A stretch of DNA of 15,788 bases from Bdellovibrionota bacterium (lineage in GTDB: Bacteria; Bdellovibrionota; UBA1018; UBA923), in assembly GCA_040754655.1 (NCBI GenBank), contig JBFMCE010000091.1, positions 1 to 15,788 on the forward strand, read 5' to 3'. A program made the translations under genes and the position numbers. Shown here piece after piece: positions 7,398-14,862 of this stretch. Below the pieces are notes generated by a model. The model did no database searches, was not told where the DNA came from, and saw nothing but the letters and a program-made list of their open reading frames with translations. Every line of letters starts with the position of its first letter. Within the stretch, counting starts at the first letter, position 1.

Positions 7398-7893
7398 GGG
7401 TTTTCCTCTGGTGGAGTTCCTTCTGGATGATGTCTAGGATAAGAACTCCTACGCCGATGCAGATCGCCATATCCGCTATATTGAAAGCCGGAAAATGAAC
7501 CGAGTATTTCCAATGGAAATCAAGGAAATCGATGACGTAGTTATACGCAGCTCGATCAATCAAGTTTCCCAACGCTCCGCCAATCACCAGTGAAAGGGCG
7601 GATGAGAGCTTTAAATCTTTATCTTCGATTTGCCGGAAAACGTAAAAGATCACCCCTAAGGCGATCAAGGGAGTGATGATAAAAAAAGGCACGCGAAAAG
7701 ACGCATCCCATCGCGCAAGCAGACCGAAAGCCGCTCCCGGATTGCGAACATAGGTTAAATTGAAAAAACCCTCGATGATCGAAAGCGACTCCCCCAACTG
7801 AAACTTTTGCGTGACCAGATGTTTGGTCAGTTGATCAAGGGAGATGATGGTTCCAGTTACGGCGAGCAATACGAGATATTTAAGCTTCATCAT
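7378..7893 (-). CDS. lspA: Lipoprotein signal peptidase (SPase II)
   Basis: DQLTK, NPGAAFG, GGALGNLIDR, VIDF and AFNIAD motifs, with both catalytic Asp residues present. Classic position after ileS, with an ATGA overlap. Confidence 0.97.
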   Translation of the reverse strand: MMKLKYLVLLAVTGTIISLDQLTKHLVTQKFQLGESLSIIEGFFNLTYVRNPGAAFGLLARWDASFRVPFFIITPLIALGVIFYVFRQIEDKDLKLSSALSLVIGGALGNLIDRAAYNYVIDFLDFHWKYSVHFPAFNIADMAICIGVGVLILDIIQKELHQRKTHVSGAH

Positions 7894-10670
7894 GCAATTC
7901 CTTCAACAGCGGTGACGCAGCGCTTGCACAATTGAGGGTGAGCCGGGCTTTGCCCCACTTCGGTCGTGTAGACCCAACATCGCGCGCATTTTTCACCTAA
8001 AGCACGTTCTACTTTAACTTCAAGGCCCTTGCCTTCCGTAAGTTCGATTTTTGAGACGATAAAGAGCCTTGCCAAATCTTCGCGCACATTATTGATGGCA
8101 GCAATCTTTTCTTTTGGAACCGCAACCGATACTTTTGCCTCGAGTGAGTGACCAATGTGTTTTGCGCTTCGAGCATTCTCAAGAGATTTATTGATAGTCT
8201 CACGCAACTCAAGGGCTGCTTCAACTCTATGAAAAGCTTCTTCCCTTCCGCTGACGCTTTGCCAGTTAGGAAAATCAGCTTCAAATACCGATCCGCTTTG
8301 TTTGAGATGTTTCCAAACCTCTTCAGCGGTAAAGCTCAAGATAGGGGCTAGCCCTGTCGCTAGCGCGACGCCGATTTTATGTAGTGCCGCTTGAGAAGAA
8401 CGGCGTTCGCGAGAGTTCTTGGCCGAAGTATAGAGCCTGTCCTTCAAAATATCGAAATACAAAGAGCTGAGATCGACGGCGCAAAAGTTCACGAGCGCAT
8501 GATAAGCAAGGTGGAACTCATAAGACTCATAAGATTGGCGCAACTTCGCCAGGAATTTCTCAGTCCGATACAAGGCCCATCGGTCTAGATCGCAGTAATC
8601 GGCGTCATCGGGGGCCATCGACGGTTCATAATCATAAAGATTGCCCAAGACGTAACGGAAGGTATTCCTGACCTTGCGATAAGATTCTGAAACCCGGTCG
8701 ATGGTTTCAAAAGAGAAATTGAGGTCATTCCTGTAGTCTTCAATCACGACCCAAAGCCGTAGAATTTCGGCTCCGAATTTATTTGTTATCTCAAAGGGGT
8801 CGACGACGTTGCCCTTTGACTTTGACATTTTTCGTCCATCTTTGTCGTTCACAAAGCCATGGGTAAGAACTTTTTTGAATGGCGCTGATCCGCGCGATTC
8901 TACGGCGGTGAGCAATGAAGTCTGAAACCATCCGCGATGTTGATCGCTGCCTTCAAGATAAAGATCGGCAGGCCAGGTGACCTTTCCCTGATTCAAACGG
9001 CTTGCCAAAACCGCGGCATGGCTCACGCCCGAATCAAACCAAACGTCCAGGATATCGGTTTCTTTTCTGAATTTTCGCGGATCTTTCTCGCCGCATTTTG
9101 AACAGCTTGTCTGAGGTTTGATGAGTTTCTCAACAGGCCATTCATACCATGCATTAGGACCATTCTTTTCGATGATAGAGGCTACGTGCTCAAAGCTGTC
9201 TTGCGAACTGACGGCCTCATTGCAACCTTCGCAGTAAAACACGGTGATAGGCACGCCCCAGACGCGCTGCCTTGAGATGCACCAATCCGGCCTGCTCTCA
9301 ACCATGCCTAGGATGCGGTTAATGCCCCAACCCGGAATCCATTCGACTTTATGGATTTCCGCGATCGCGCGTTTTCGTAAGCCAGTAGCTTCCATCCCGA
9401 TAAACCATTGTGGGGTCGCTCGGAAGATCACGGGTTTGATGCAACGCCAGCAGTGCGGGTAGGAATGTTGAATCTCTGAATGCTTGAGCAAGTGACCTGA
9501 GCTCTGCAGGTCTTCGATGATTTTTTTATTGGCCTCGAAAACCTTTGTCCCCTTGTAAGCAGGTACTTCTTCGGTGAGGCGCCCATAAGAATCCACGGGT
9601 GCCAATACCTCAAGTCCATATCTTAAACCAACTCTGTAGTCATCTACGCCATGTCCCGGAGCGGTATGAACAGCCCCCGTCCCTGCTTCAAGCGTCACAT
9701 GCTCGCCTAAAATAATGAGTGAACTCCTGTTCATGAAAGGATGTTCAGCCGAAAGCCTTTCAAAAGATGATCCTTTTAAAGTTGCTCTCTTTGTTCCCTG
9801 AAGGGTTACGTCGCTTAGGAATTTTTCTCTGAGCCCTTCAGCCACGATCAAGACTTCAGTGCCGGTATCGACGGCCGCATATTCAAACTCTGGGTGCAAA
9901 GCTATCGCCACGTTCGCGGGGAGCGTCCAAGGAGTGGTTGTCCAAATCACCACTGCGACTTTCTTTCCCTGGGCCGCCTCGGAAAGCGCGGGAAGTTTGG
10001 CGATGGACTCGTTTTTTAGGTAGAACTTCACATAAATTGAGGGGCTGCGGTGATCGTGATACTCAATCTCAGCATCAGCTAACGCAGTCGCGCAATTGGC
10101 GCACCAATATACGGGTTTATTGCCCTTATAGAGGTTGTTCGCTTTAGAGATACGACCTAGTTCGCGAACGATGTTTGCAACGTACTCATCGTTCATGGTG
10201 AGGTAGGGTTTCTGCCAGTCTCCGAACACGCCCAGCCTCTTAAATTGGTCTCGTTGTTTATTGATATAAGTAAACGCGAATTCCTTGCAAAAATTTCGGA
10301 TCTCTACTTTTGAGAGGCTTGCTTTGTCTTTTTTCTGGTCACGAAGTTGTTTTTCAACGCCAAGCTCGATCGGCAGGCCGTGACAATCCCAGCCAGGGAT
10401 GAATTCCGCATGATACCCCGACATGTTTTTGTATTTCACTACGATGTCTTTCAGAACTTTATTGAGCGTGTGGCCTATGTGGATGTTTCCATTCGCGTAC
10501 GGGGGGCCGTCGTGCAAGACGAAAAGCGGTTTGCCTGAGCGCTTTTTCACCATCTTGCCGTAAGAATCTTGCGCCTCCCATTGAGCGACTTGTTCGGGTT
10601 CTCGCTGAGGCAGGCTCGCCTTCATGGGAAAGTCAGTCTGGGGCAGGTTGAGCGTAGATTTATAGTCCAT
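7890..10670 (-). CDS. ileS: Isoleucine--tRNA ligase, type 1
   Basis: DGPPYANGNIHIGH, GWDCHGLPIE, WTTTPWTLPAN, GTGAVHTAPGHG, DWCISRQR, EGSDQHRGWF, KMSKS, and the C-terminal zinc finger CARCW...CKRC typical of IleRS1. Confidence 0.99.
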   Translation of the reverse strand: MDYKSTLNLPQTDFPMKASLPQREPEQVAQWEAQDSYGKMVKKRSGKPLFVLHDGPPYANGNIHIGHTLNKVLKDIVVKYKNMSGYHAEFIPGWDCHGLPIELGVEKQLRDQKKDKASLSKVEIRNFCKEFAFTYINKQRDQFKRLGVFGDWQKPYLTMNDEYVANIVRELGRISKANNLYKGNKPVYWCANCATALADAEIEYHDHRSPSIYVKFYLKNESIAKLPALSEAAQGKKVAVVIWTTTPWTLPANVAIALHPEFEYAAVDTGTEVLIVAEGLREKFLSDVTLQGTKRATLKGSSFERLSAEHPFMNRSSLIILGEHVTLEAGTGAVHTAPGHGVDDYRVGLRYGLEVLAPVDSYGRLTEEVPAYKGTKVFEANKKIIEDLQSSGHLLKHSEIQHSYPHCWRCIKPVIFRATPQWFIGMEATGLRKRAIAEIHKVEWIPGWGINRILGMVESRPDWCISRQRVWGVPITVFYCEGCNEAVSSQDSFEHVASIIEKNGPNAWYEWPVEKLIKPQTSCSKCGEKDPRKFRKETDILDVWFDSGVSHAAVLASRLNQGKVTWPADLYLEGSDQHRGWFQTSLLTAVESRGSAPFKKVLTHGFVNDKDGRKMSKSKGNVVDPFEITNKFGAEILRLWVVIEDYRNDLNFSFETIDRVSESYRKVRNTFRYVLGNLYDYEPSMAPDDADYCDLDRWALYRTEKFLAKLRQSYESYEFHLAYHALVNFCAVDLSSLYFDILKDRLYTSAKNSRERRSSQAALHKIGVALATGLAPILSFTAEEVWKHLKQSGSVFEADFPNWQSVSGREEAFHRVEAALELRETINKSLENARSAKHIGHSLEAKVSVAVPKEKIAAINNVREDLARLFIVSKIELTEGKGLEVKVERALGEKCARCWVYTTEVGQSPAHPQLCKRCVTAVEGIA

Positions 10671-10706
10671 AAGGATTTTTAGCTATAGCTGGTTTCAGGC
10701 GAAACT

Positions 10707-11591
10707 TCAAACGGCCCGAGTGGTTCTTCGGGCTTTGCTTCGGCTTGATCCGATGACCCCGATCACGATCAATACGCTTCCGAATATCGACCAGTTATCG
10801 GGGATTTCGCTCCAAATAGCCAAACCTATCAAAGCCGAAAAGAGCACGTTGAGCAGGCTCAAAGGGCTCGCCACAGACGCGGGCAAAAGCGAGTATGACT
10901 TCGTCATTGTCGCTTGGGCGGCTGTGGCAAACGTGCCACAGAGAAAAAGAAGAAGCCATTCTTTGGGGGTTGGGGGTACGTAGTGCATCACCATGGGCAC
11001 AAAGCTCAGTACGCTTGCCACTCCTGCAAAGGTGACAACAATGGAAGTCGTTGAAATCGACCGGGTTGCGACTTTGAGCGAGACATAGGCCACTGCCGAA
11101 GTGAGAGCGCTTGCGAAACCAGCGATTCCCCCTAAGGAAACGGCGTCAGCGCCGCTGAATTCAAAACTTGGCTTTAGGATGAAGGCAACGCCTACCAGAG
11201 CTAGTCCCACGAACATGACGGCTACTGGGGTAATTCGTTCGTGAAGGACGAAAAATGAAAGCAATAAAACAATGATCGGGGAAGTGTGATTCAGCATTAC
11301 GGCATCGGCAAGGCGCATATGCTCTAAGGCATAGAAGTATAATACTAATGAAACCCAGCCCGAAACTCCCCGGGTTAAAAGCGCAGGCCACTCTTTCCGC
11401 CAAGAATAGAGGGGGTCGCGAAAAGCCCACGGCAAGAGCCAAACAAGGTTGATGAATGCCCTGAAAAAAACGATCTCCCACGTCGGAAGATGCTCTAATG
11501 ACTTTACGATTCCAGCCATTATTGAGAAGAACAGTGAAGCAAGAACCATCCAGAGCAAGGGATTGATTTTAAGGTTAACTAACTTCGGCAC
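10707..11591 (-). CDS. EamA/DMT-family membrane transporter
   Basis: About 10 TM helices in two repeats, with EIVFFR, FYAL..M.LADA..LNHTSP...L.ERI and W.EIPD motifs. Start moved to GTG 11591, which has GAGGA 8 nt upstream and removes the overlap with the divergent gene. Confidence 0.88.
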   Translation of the reverse strand: MPKLVNLKINPLLWMVLASLFFSIMAGIVKSLEHLPTWEIVFFRAFINLVWLLPWAFRDPLYSWRKEWPALLTRGVSGWVSLVLYFYALEHMRLADAVMLNHTSPIIVLLLSFFVLHERITPVAVMFVGLALVGVAFILKPSFEFSGADAVSLGGIAGFASALTSAVAYVSLKVATRSISTTSIVVTFAGVASVLSFVPMVMHYVPPTPKEWLLLFLCGTFATAAQATMTKSYSLLPASVASPLSLLNVLFSALIGLAIWSEIPDNWSIFGSVLIVIGVIGSSRSKARRTTRAV

Positions 11592-11645
11592 CTTGTATAT
11601 CCTCGCCCGCAATTGTGCTAAGAAATGCAACTAAGGAGAAAAGCG

Positions 11646-12290
11646 ATGGCCTCAGTTCGTAGACAAAAGGAAGCATTGCGAGCCGCAGCTTTTGCATACC
11701 TCGCGGGGGCGCATTGTGTCACTGAAGAAGTCGAGAAGTCGTTAGAACTTGCAGACCCCAAAAGAGGCGCTCAACTCGTAGATTCGCAGCGTGAAATGCT
11801 TCGGGCCGATTATAAAAGGGTGATTGAATCGCGACCGGCGATCGAGACTTTTTTGGATGTGCTTGATGAAGAAGAGCTTTATCCCTTTGGTTCAGAATGG
11901 CCGAGAGATGAAATCGCGCAACTGATAGTATATTTGGTTCCACCAAAACTTCGTTTGGGAGACGATTCAGAGCCTGACTTGCGATTCCGGTTTAGAAAGG
12001 GATTCAAAAAAATACTCGCCGAATTCGCGTCGACCCTCGAAAGCATAGCACGACAACACAGTACCTTAGACCACTGGATGGCGCTTCTGCTCAACACCGC
12101 TTTTCATGCCGGAGTCGTAGCTGCCGCTCAAAGCGCTGAGAACTCAAAAGCCTACTACGCTGCGATTCCAGAGATTGAAGAAGAAACCGAACCTTGGAGC
12201 CGATATCCACAGCTACTAGAGCTTTTGGAGCGGCAGTTGCGCAGAGAAACCCGTCGTCGCACTGGTCTCGTGACTGGGTTAGATTTTTAG
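11646..12290 (+). CDS. Hypothetical protein, predicted soluble and alpha-helical
   Basis: Fills the gap between EamA and the rhodanese gene. ATG 11646 is preceded by a strong AAGGAG RBS (11633-11638). No signal peptide and no family recognised. Confidence 0.75.
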   Translation: MASVRRQKEALRAAAFAYLAGAHCVTEEVEKSLELADPKRGAQLVDSQREMLRADYKRVIESRPAIETFLDVLDEEELYPFGSEWPRDEIAQLIVYLVPPKLRLGDDSEPDLRFRFRKGFKKILAEFASTLESIARQHSTLDHWMALLLNTAFHAGVVAAAQSAENSKAYYAAIPEIEEETEPWSRYPQLLELLERQLRRETRRRTGLVTGLDF

Positions 12291-12298
12291 GGCCATAC

Positions 12299-12733
12299 TT
12301 ATTTGGCTTTTGTTATTGGTAAGCCAGCGCTTTTCCAGCTGTCGAAATCTTCAAAATAAGCCGTTTTAAAGCCTTCTTTTGAAAGTTTTTCAGCGTAGTG
12401 TTTCGCGCGGCCACCGCTGGCACAGTGAAAAACGATCTCTTTGTCTTTTGGAAGCGTTTTTACGAATTCTTTCCATTCGTTTTCACTACTCTCGATTTTG
12501 CTCGATGGAAACCATTTCGAAGGAGTGGCCTTTCCACTTTCTTTGAGCTCATCGCTTTCTCTGACGTCTATGAGAACGGCGAAGTCATTTGAAAGCATTC
12601 CGTAAGTTTCTTGAGGAGTCATGAGCCTAGGTGCGCGTGTTTCGGTCTTGGCCTTGCATGCCGACAGGAGAGCCAGCGCAAGGCATGTGAAAATGAAGGA
12701 TGTGAAAGTTTTTCGCCAAGGAATTGGTCGCAT
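12299..12733 (-). CDS. Rhodanese-domain lipoprotein
   Basis: ATG 12733 has an AAGGAG RBS. Signal peptide ends in lipobox LSA|C. Contains LIDVRE.DE and the active-site loop HCASGGRA, and ends in W..AGLP. Confidence 0.88.
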   Translation of the reverse strand: MRPIPWRKTFTSFIFTCLALALLSACKAKTETRAPRLMTPQETYGMLSNDFAVLIDVRESDELKESGKATPSKWFPSSKIESSENEWKEFVKTLPKDKEIVFHCASGGRAKHYAEKLSKEGFKTAYFEDFDSWKSAGLPITKAK

Positions 12734-12838
12734 TTCGTTCTCCTTGGCGTCTTTTACATTATCCAATTAAACATTGGAAATTTTCTCAAGTTTAGGTAGA
12801 TCAGTCTTTCTCAAAGATCTTTGCAAAGTTGAGTTAAC

Positions 12839-12928
12839 GGAGAGATGGCCGAGTGGCTTAAGGTACTCGCTTGGAAAGCGAGCGTTGGGTAACACCAACC
12901 GAGAGTTCGAATCTCTCTCTCTCCGCCA
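12839..12928 (+). tRNA. tRNA-Ser(GGA)
   Basis: Acceptor stem GGAGAGA/TCTCTCC, D-arm GCCGAGTGGCTTAAGGT, anticodon arm CTCGC-TTGGAAA-GCGAG, long variable arm GTTGG-GTAACA-CCAAC, T-arm GAGAG-TTCGAAT-CTCTC, G discriminator and encoded CCA. Confidence 0.98.
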
Positions 12929-13080
12929 TTTTAAGCAAGTCATTGCAAATCACAAGTAAGCACTGAGCGCGGCTACTTTGTGGCTTCAAATTGACTTTTC
13001 CTTCACCAGTCTAAGCCACTCTCGAAAAACTAACTTTTGTCAGGGGCCTAGGTGAACTCGGATTTTTGCTTAAGGGATTA

Positions 13081-13114
13081 GAAGAAGGTGTGAGGCTTTA
13101 CGGCCAGCCTCACA
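13081..13114 (-). terminator. Hairpin directly downstream of rpsR; probable terminator or 3' stabilising stem
   Basis: Perfect 9-bp inverted repeat TGTGAGGCT (13089-13097) / AGCCTCACA (13106-13114) with an 8-nt loop, 4 nt after the rpsR stop. The tail (CCUUCUUC) is only weakly U-rich. Confidence 0.6.
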
Positions 13115-13118
13115 ACAA

Positions 13119-13430
13119 TCAATATTCAGCGTGTTGAGGTGCCGAGGGCAACAAGGCAAGATGCCTCGCGCGCTTCACTGCCTGAGTAAGCTCGCGTTGT
13201 TGTCTTGCGTTGAGACGGCTGATCCTCGAAGGAACAAGTTTAGAGCCTTCAGAAAGGAAATTGCGAAGCGTTTCGACGTCTTTATAATCAAAGGTAAGGT
13301 CGGCGGGTGGTTTACGACGACGCCCCTTAAAACCGCCGCTTCCGCCATCTCGGTCTTTATAACTATCCTTGTCTTTATAGTTTTCTCTGTCGCCTCTATC
13401 GCCACGTCCAAAGTTGTCTCTATCTTCCAT
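13119..13430 (-). CDS. rpsR: 30S ribosomal protein S18, no zinc-binding cysteines, with a charged N-terminal extension
   Basis: [24 protein letters not shown].....[18 protein letters not shown] is the S18 core. GAGGA RBS upstream. Confidence 0.96.
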   Translation of the reverse strand: MEDRDNFGRGDRGDRENYKDKDSYKDRDGGSGGFKGRRRKPPADLTFDYKDVETLRNFLSEGSKLVPSRISRLNARQQRELTQAVKRARHLALLPSAPQHAEY

Positions 13431-13458
13431 GTCTTTTCCTCAAATCTTTAAATAAGCG

Positions 13459-13782
13459 TTAAGCGAGTTCTTCTCCAGAGCTCTTTGCATATCGAACAGC
13501 TGAGAGTTTTCCGTTCTTTTCTACCCGCTTAATTCCAATGCGTGACGGCTTACCCTTACTGTCGAGTAGCATTACGTTTGAATAATTGATGGGGAGCTCT
13601 TTTTCGACGATGCCACCCTTAGGATTTGCTTGAGTGGGTTTAGAATGTTTTTTGCGAATATTTACGCCTTCTACGACGATTTTCATATCTTCCGGATAAA
13701 CCGCCGTTACTTTGCCAGCTTTTCCTTTACTGCTGCCCGCAATAACTTGTACGGTGTCACCTTTTTTGATCTTCAACTTCAT
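13459..13782 (-). CDS. rplX: 50S ribosomal protein L24
   Basis: [22 protein letters not shown] (KOW motif), VEGVN..KKH.KP, GGIVEKE.PI.YSNV and R.AKSSGE. GGAGG at 13795-13799. Confidence 0.97.
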   Translation of the reverse strand: MKLKIKKGDTVQVIAGSSKGKAGKVTAVYPEDMKIVVEGVNIRKKHSKPTQANPKGGIVEKELPINYSNVMLLDSKGKPSRIGIKRVEKNGKLSAVRYAKSSGEELA

Positions 13783-13861
13783 AAATTAAATAAACCTCCA
13801 GAAACTGCTTTGAGTCGGGCTATTCAGATACCAGAATTTCCCTTTTCTTTCAGTATTTTTT

Positions 13862-14749
13862 CTACGGCGCCAGGCGATGCGTTTTCATCCATTGAGTTAC
13901 CAGCCCAGAAACTTCTTTGATCAGTGAACTTGCTCCGGCCTGGATATGATCGCCATTAGTTTGGACGCGTTCGACTTGAGCTTGAGAGTGTTCAAGCGAA
14001 TGCCAAAGCGCATCAACAGATGTTTTGGGTAAAAGATTGTCCTTTTCCGCGCTGACCATCAGCACACGTTGGTGAGATTTCAAGTTTGCAATTGATTCTT
14101 CCGGCGAAGGAGCTTCTAAATACCACCAGCCTATTGAGGTCACCAATTTGGCGAGTACTTCGCCAAGTAAACCAAACCGTGGTTGCAGCCTTTGAGCGAG
14201 GCGTTGTTCCAAGGTTTCAGGAATTTGAGCAAAACCATGAATCAGAATTACTCCTGTAATATCAGGATCTTCTGCGGCTGCAGCCAATGCAAATGGAGCT
14301 CCAAAACTTGCTCCAAGGATGAGCGTTTGCGTCTTATTGACATCGGGGCGCTGGTGCAAATACGACTTTAGAAGTCGTATTCCTTTTAACGTGTCTTGAA
14401 CCGCTCGTTTTGCTTCTGGCGCGTGTCGAAAACTTTGGGGAAACTCAAATCTCCTCGGAGGAGAAAATGGATAGTCAAAGCTTGCGGCAATGATCGGAAT
14501 AGATGGTTTTACAAGCTCTAATACTCGGGCTGCCCGTTCAAATCCTCCAAAAACGAGAAGGGTCGGAGTTTTTTCCTTTGTTTTTAGTGGGTTGGACACA
14601 AGAAGTGTCGCTCTGATCTCTTTGTCTGGTCGAATCGGAAGAGAGCAAAATTCGTGACGAACCGCGGTAGAAGTCGTTTCACTAGCTCCGAGAATACTAG
14701 GAAAAAGAAGGCCAATAAGGAAGGCGACGAGGCAAAAACAGTTCTTCAT
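13862..14749 (-). CDS. Secreted alpha/beta hydrolase (putative esterase/lipase)
   Basis: N-terminal signal peptide, FGG oxyanion-type loop, nucleophile elbow GASFG (S148), and candidate Asp237 (AEKDNLL) and His268 (GDHI). Confidence 0.82.
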   Translation of the reverse strand: MKNCFCLVAFLIGLLFPSILGASETTSTAVRHEFCSLPIRPDKEIRATLLVSNPLKTKEKTPTLLVFGGFERAARVLELVKPSIPIIAASFDYPFSPPRRFEFPQSFRHAPEAKRAVQDTLKGIRLLKSYLHQRPDVNKTQTLILGASFGAPFALAAAAEDPDITGVILIHGFAQIPETLEQRLAQRLQPRFGLLGEVLAKLVTSIGWWYLEAPSPEESIANLKSHQRVLMVSAEKDNLLPKTSVDALWHSLEHSQAQVERVQTNGDHIQAGASSLIKEVSGLVTQWMKTHRLAP

Positions 14750-14785
14750 TTACGACTTTGGTCATCGTAGTTCAATTTCGCCGGG

Positions 14786-14825
14786 AAAGAAATACCCCTA
14801 GCCTCATAAGGTGAAGCTAGGGGTA
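14786..14825 (-). terminator. Rho-independent terminator after the OmpA-like barrel gene
   Basis: Minus-strand RNA UACCCCUAGCUUCA-CCUUA-UGAGGCUAGGGGUA forms a 14-bp stem with one G-U pair that is only possible on this strand, followed by UUUCUUU. Confidence 0.85.
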
Positions 14826-14862
14826 GGAAAAGATATCCAAATACGCTTTTTAAAATCGTATA

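Noticed and set aside
10671..10706. T-box or riboswitch upstream of ileS
   Set aside because: Only 36 nt are available, which is far too short.
11592..11645. Apparent head-to-head overlap of EamA and the hypothetical gene in the ORF track
   Set aside because: The overlap disappears with the RBS-supported starts GTG 11591 and ATG 11646.
12911..12924. (TC)n microsatellite-like run
   Set aside because: Explained by the tRNA T-stem and acceptor stem pairing with GA-rich strands; not a phase-variable repeat.
12774..12959. 61-aa ORF
   Set aside because: It spans the tRNA-Ser gene, so it is a spurious translation.
13800..13861. Possible sigma70 promoter for rplX (CTGAAA-17 nt-TATCTG on the minus strand)
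   Set aside because: The match to consensus is too weak to call from sequence alone.
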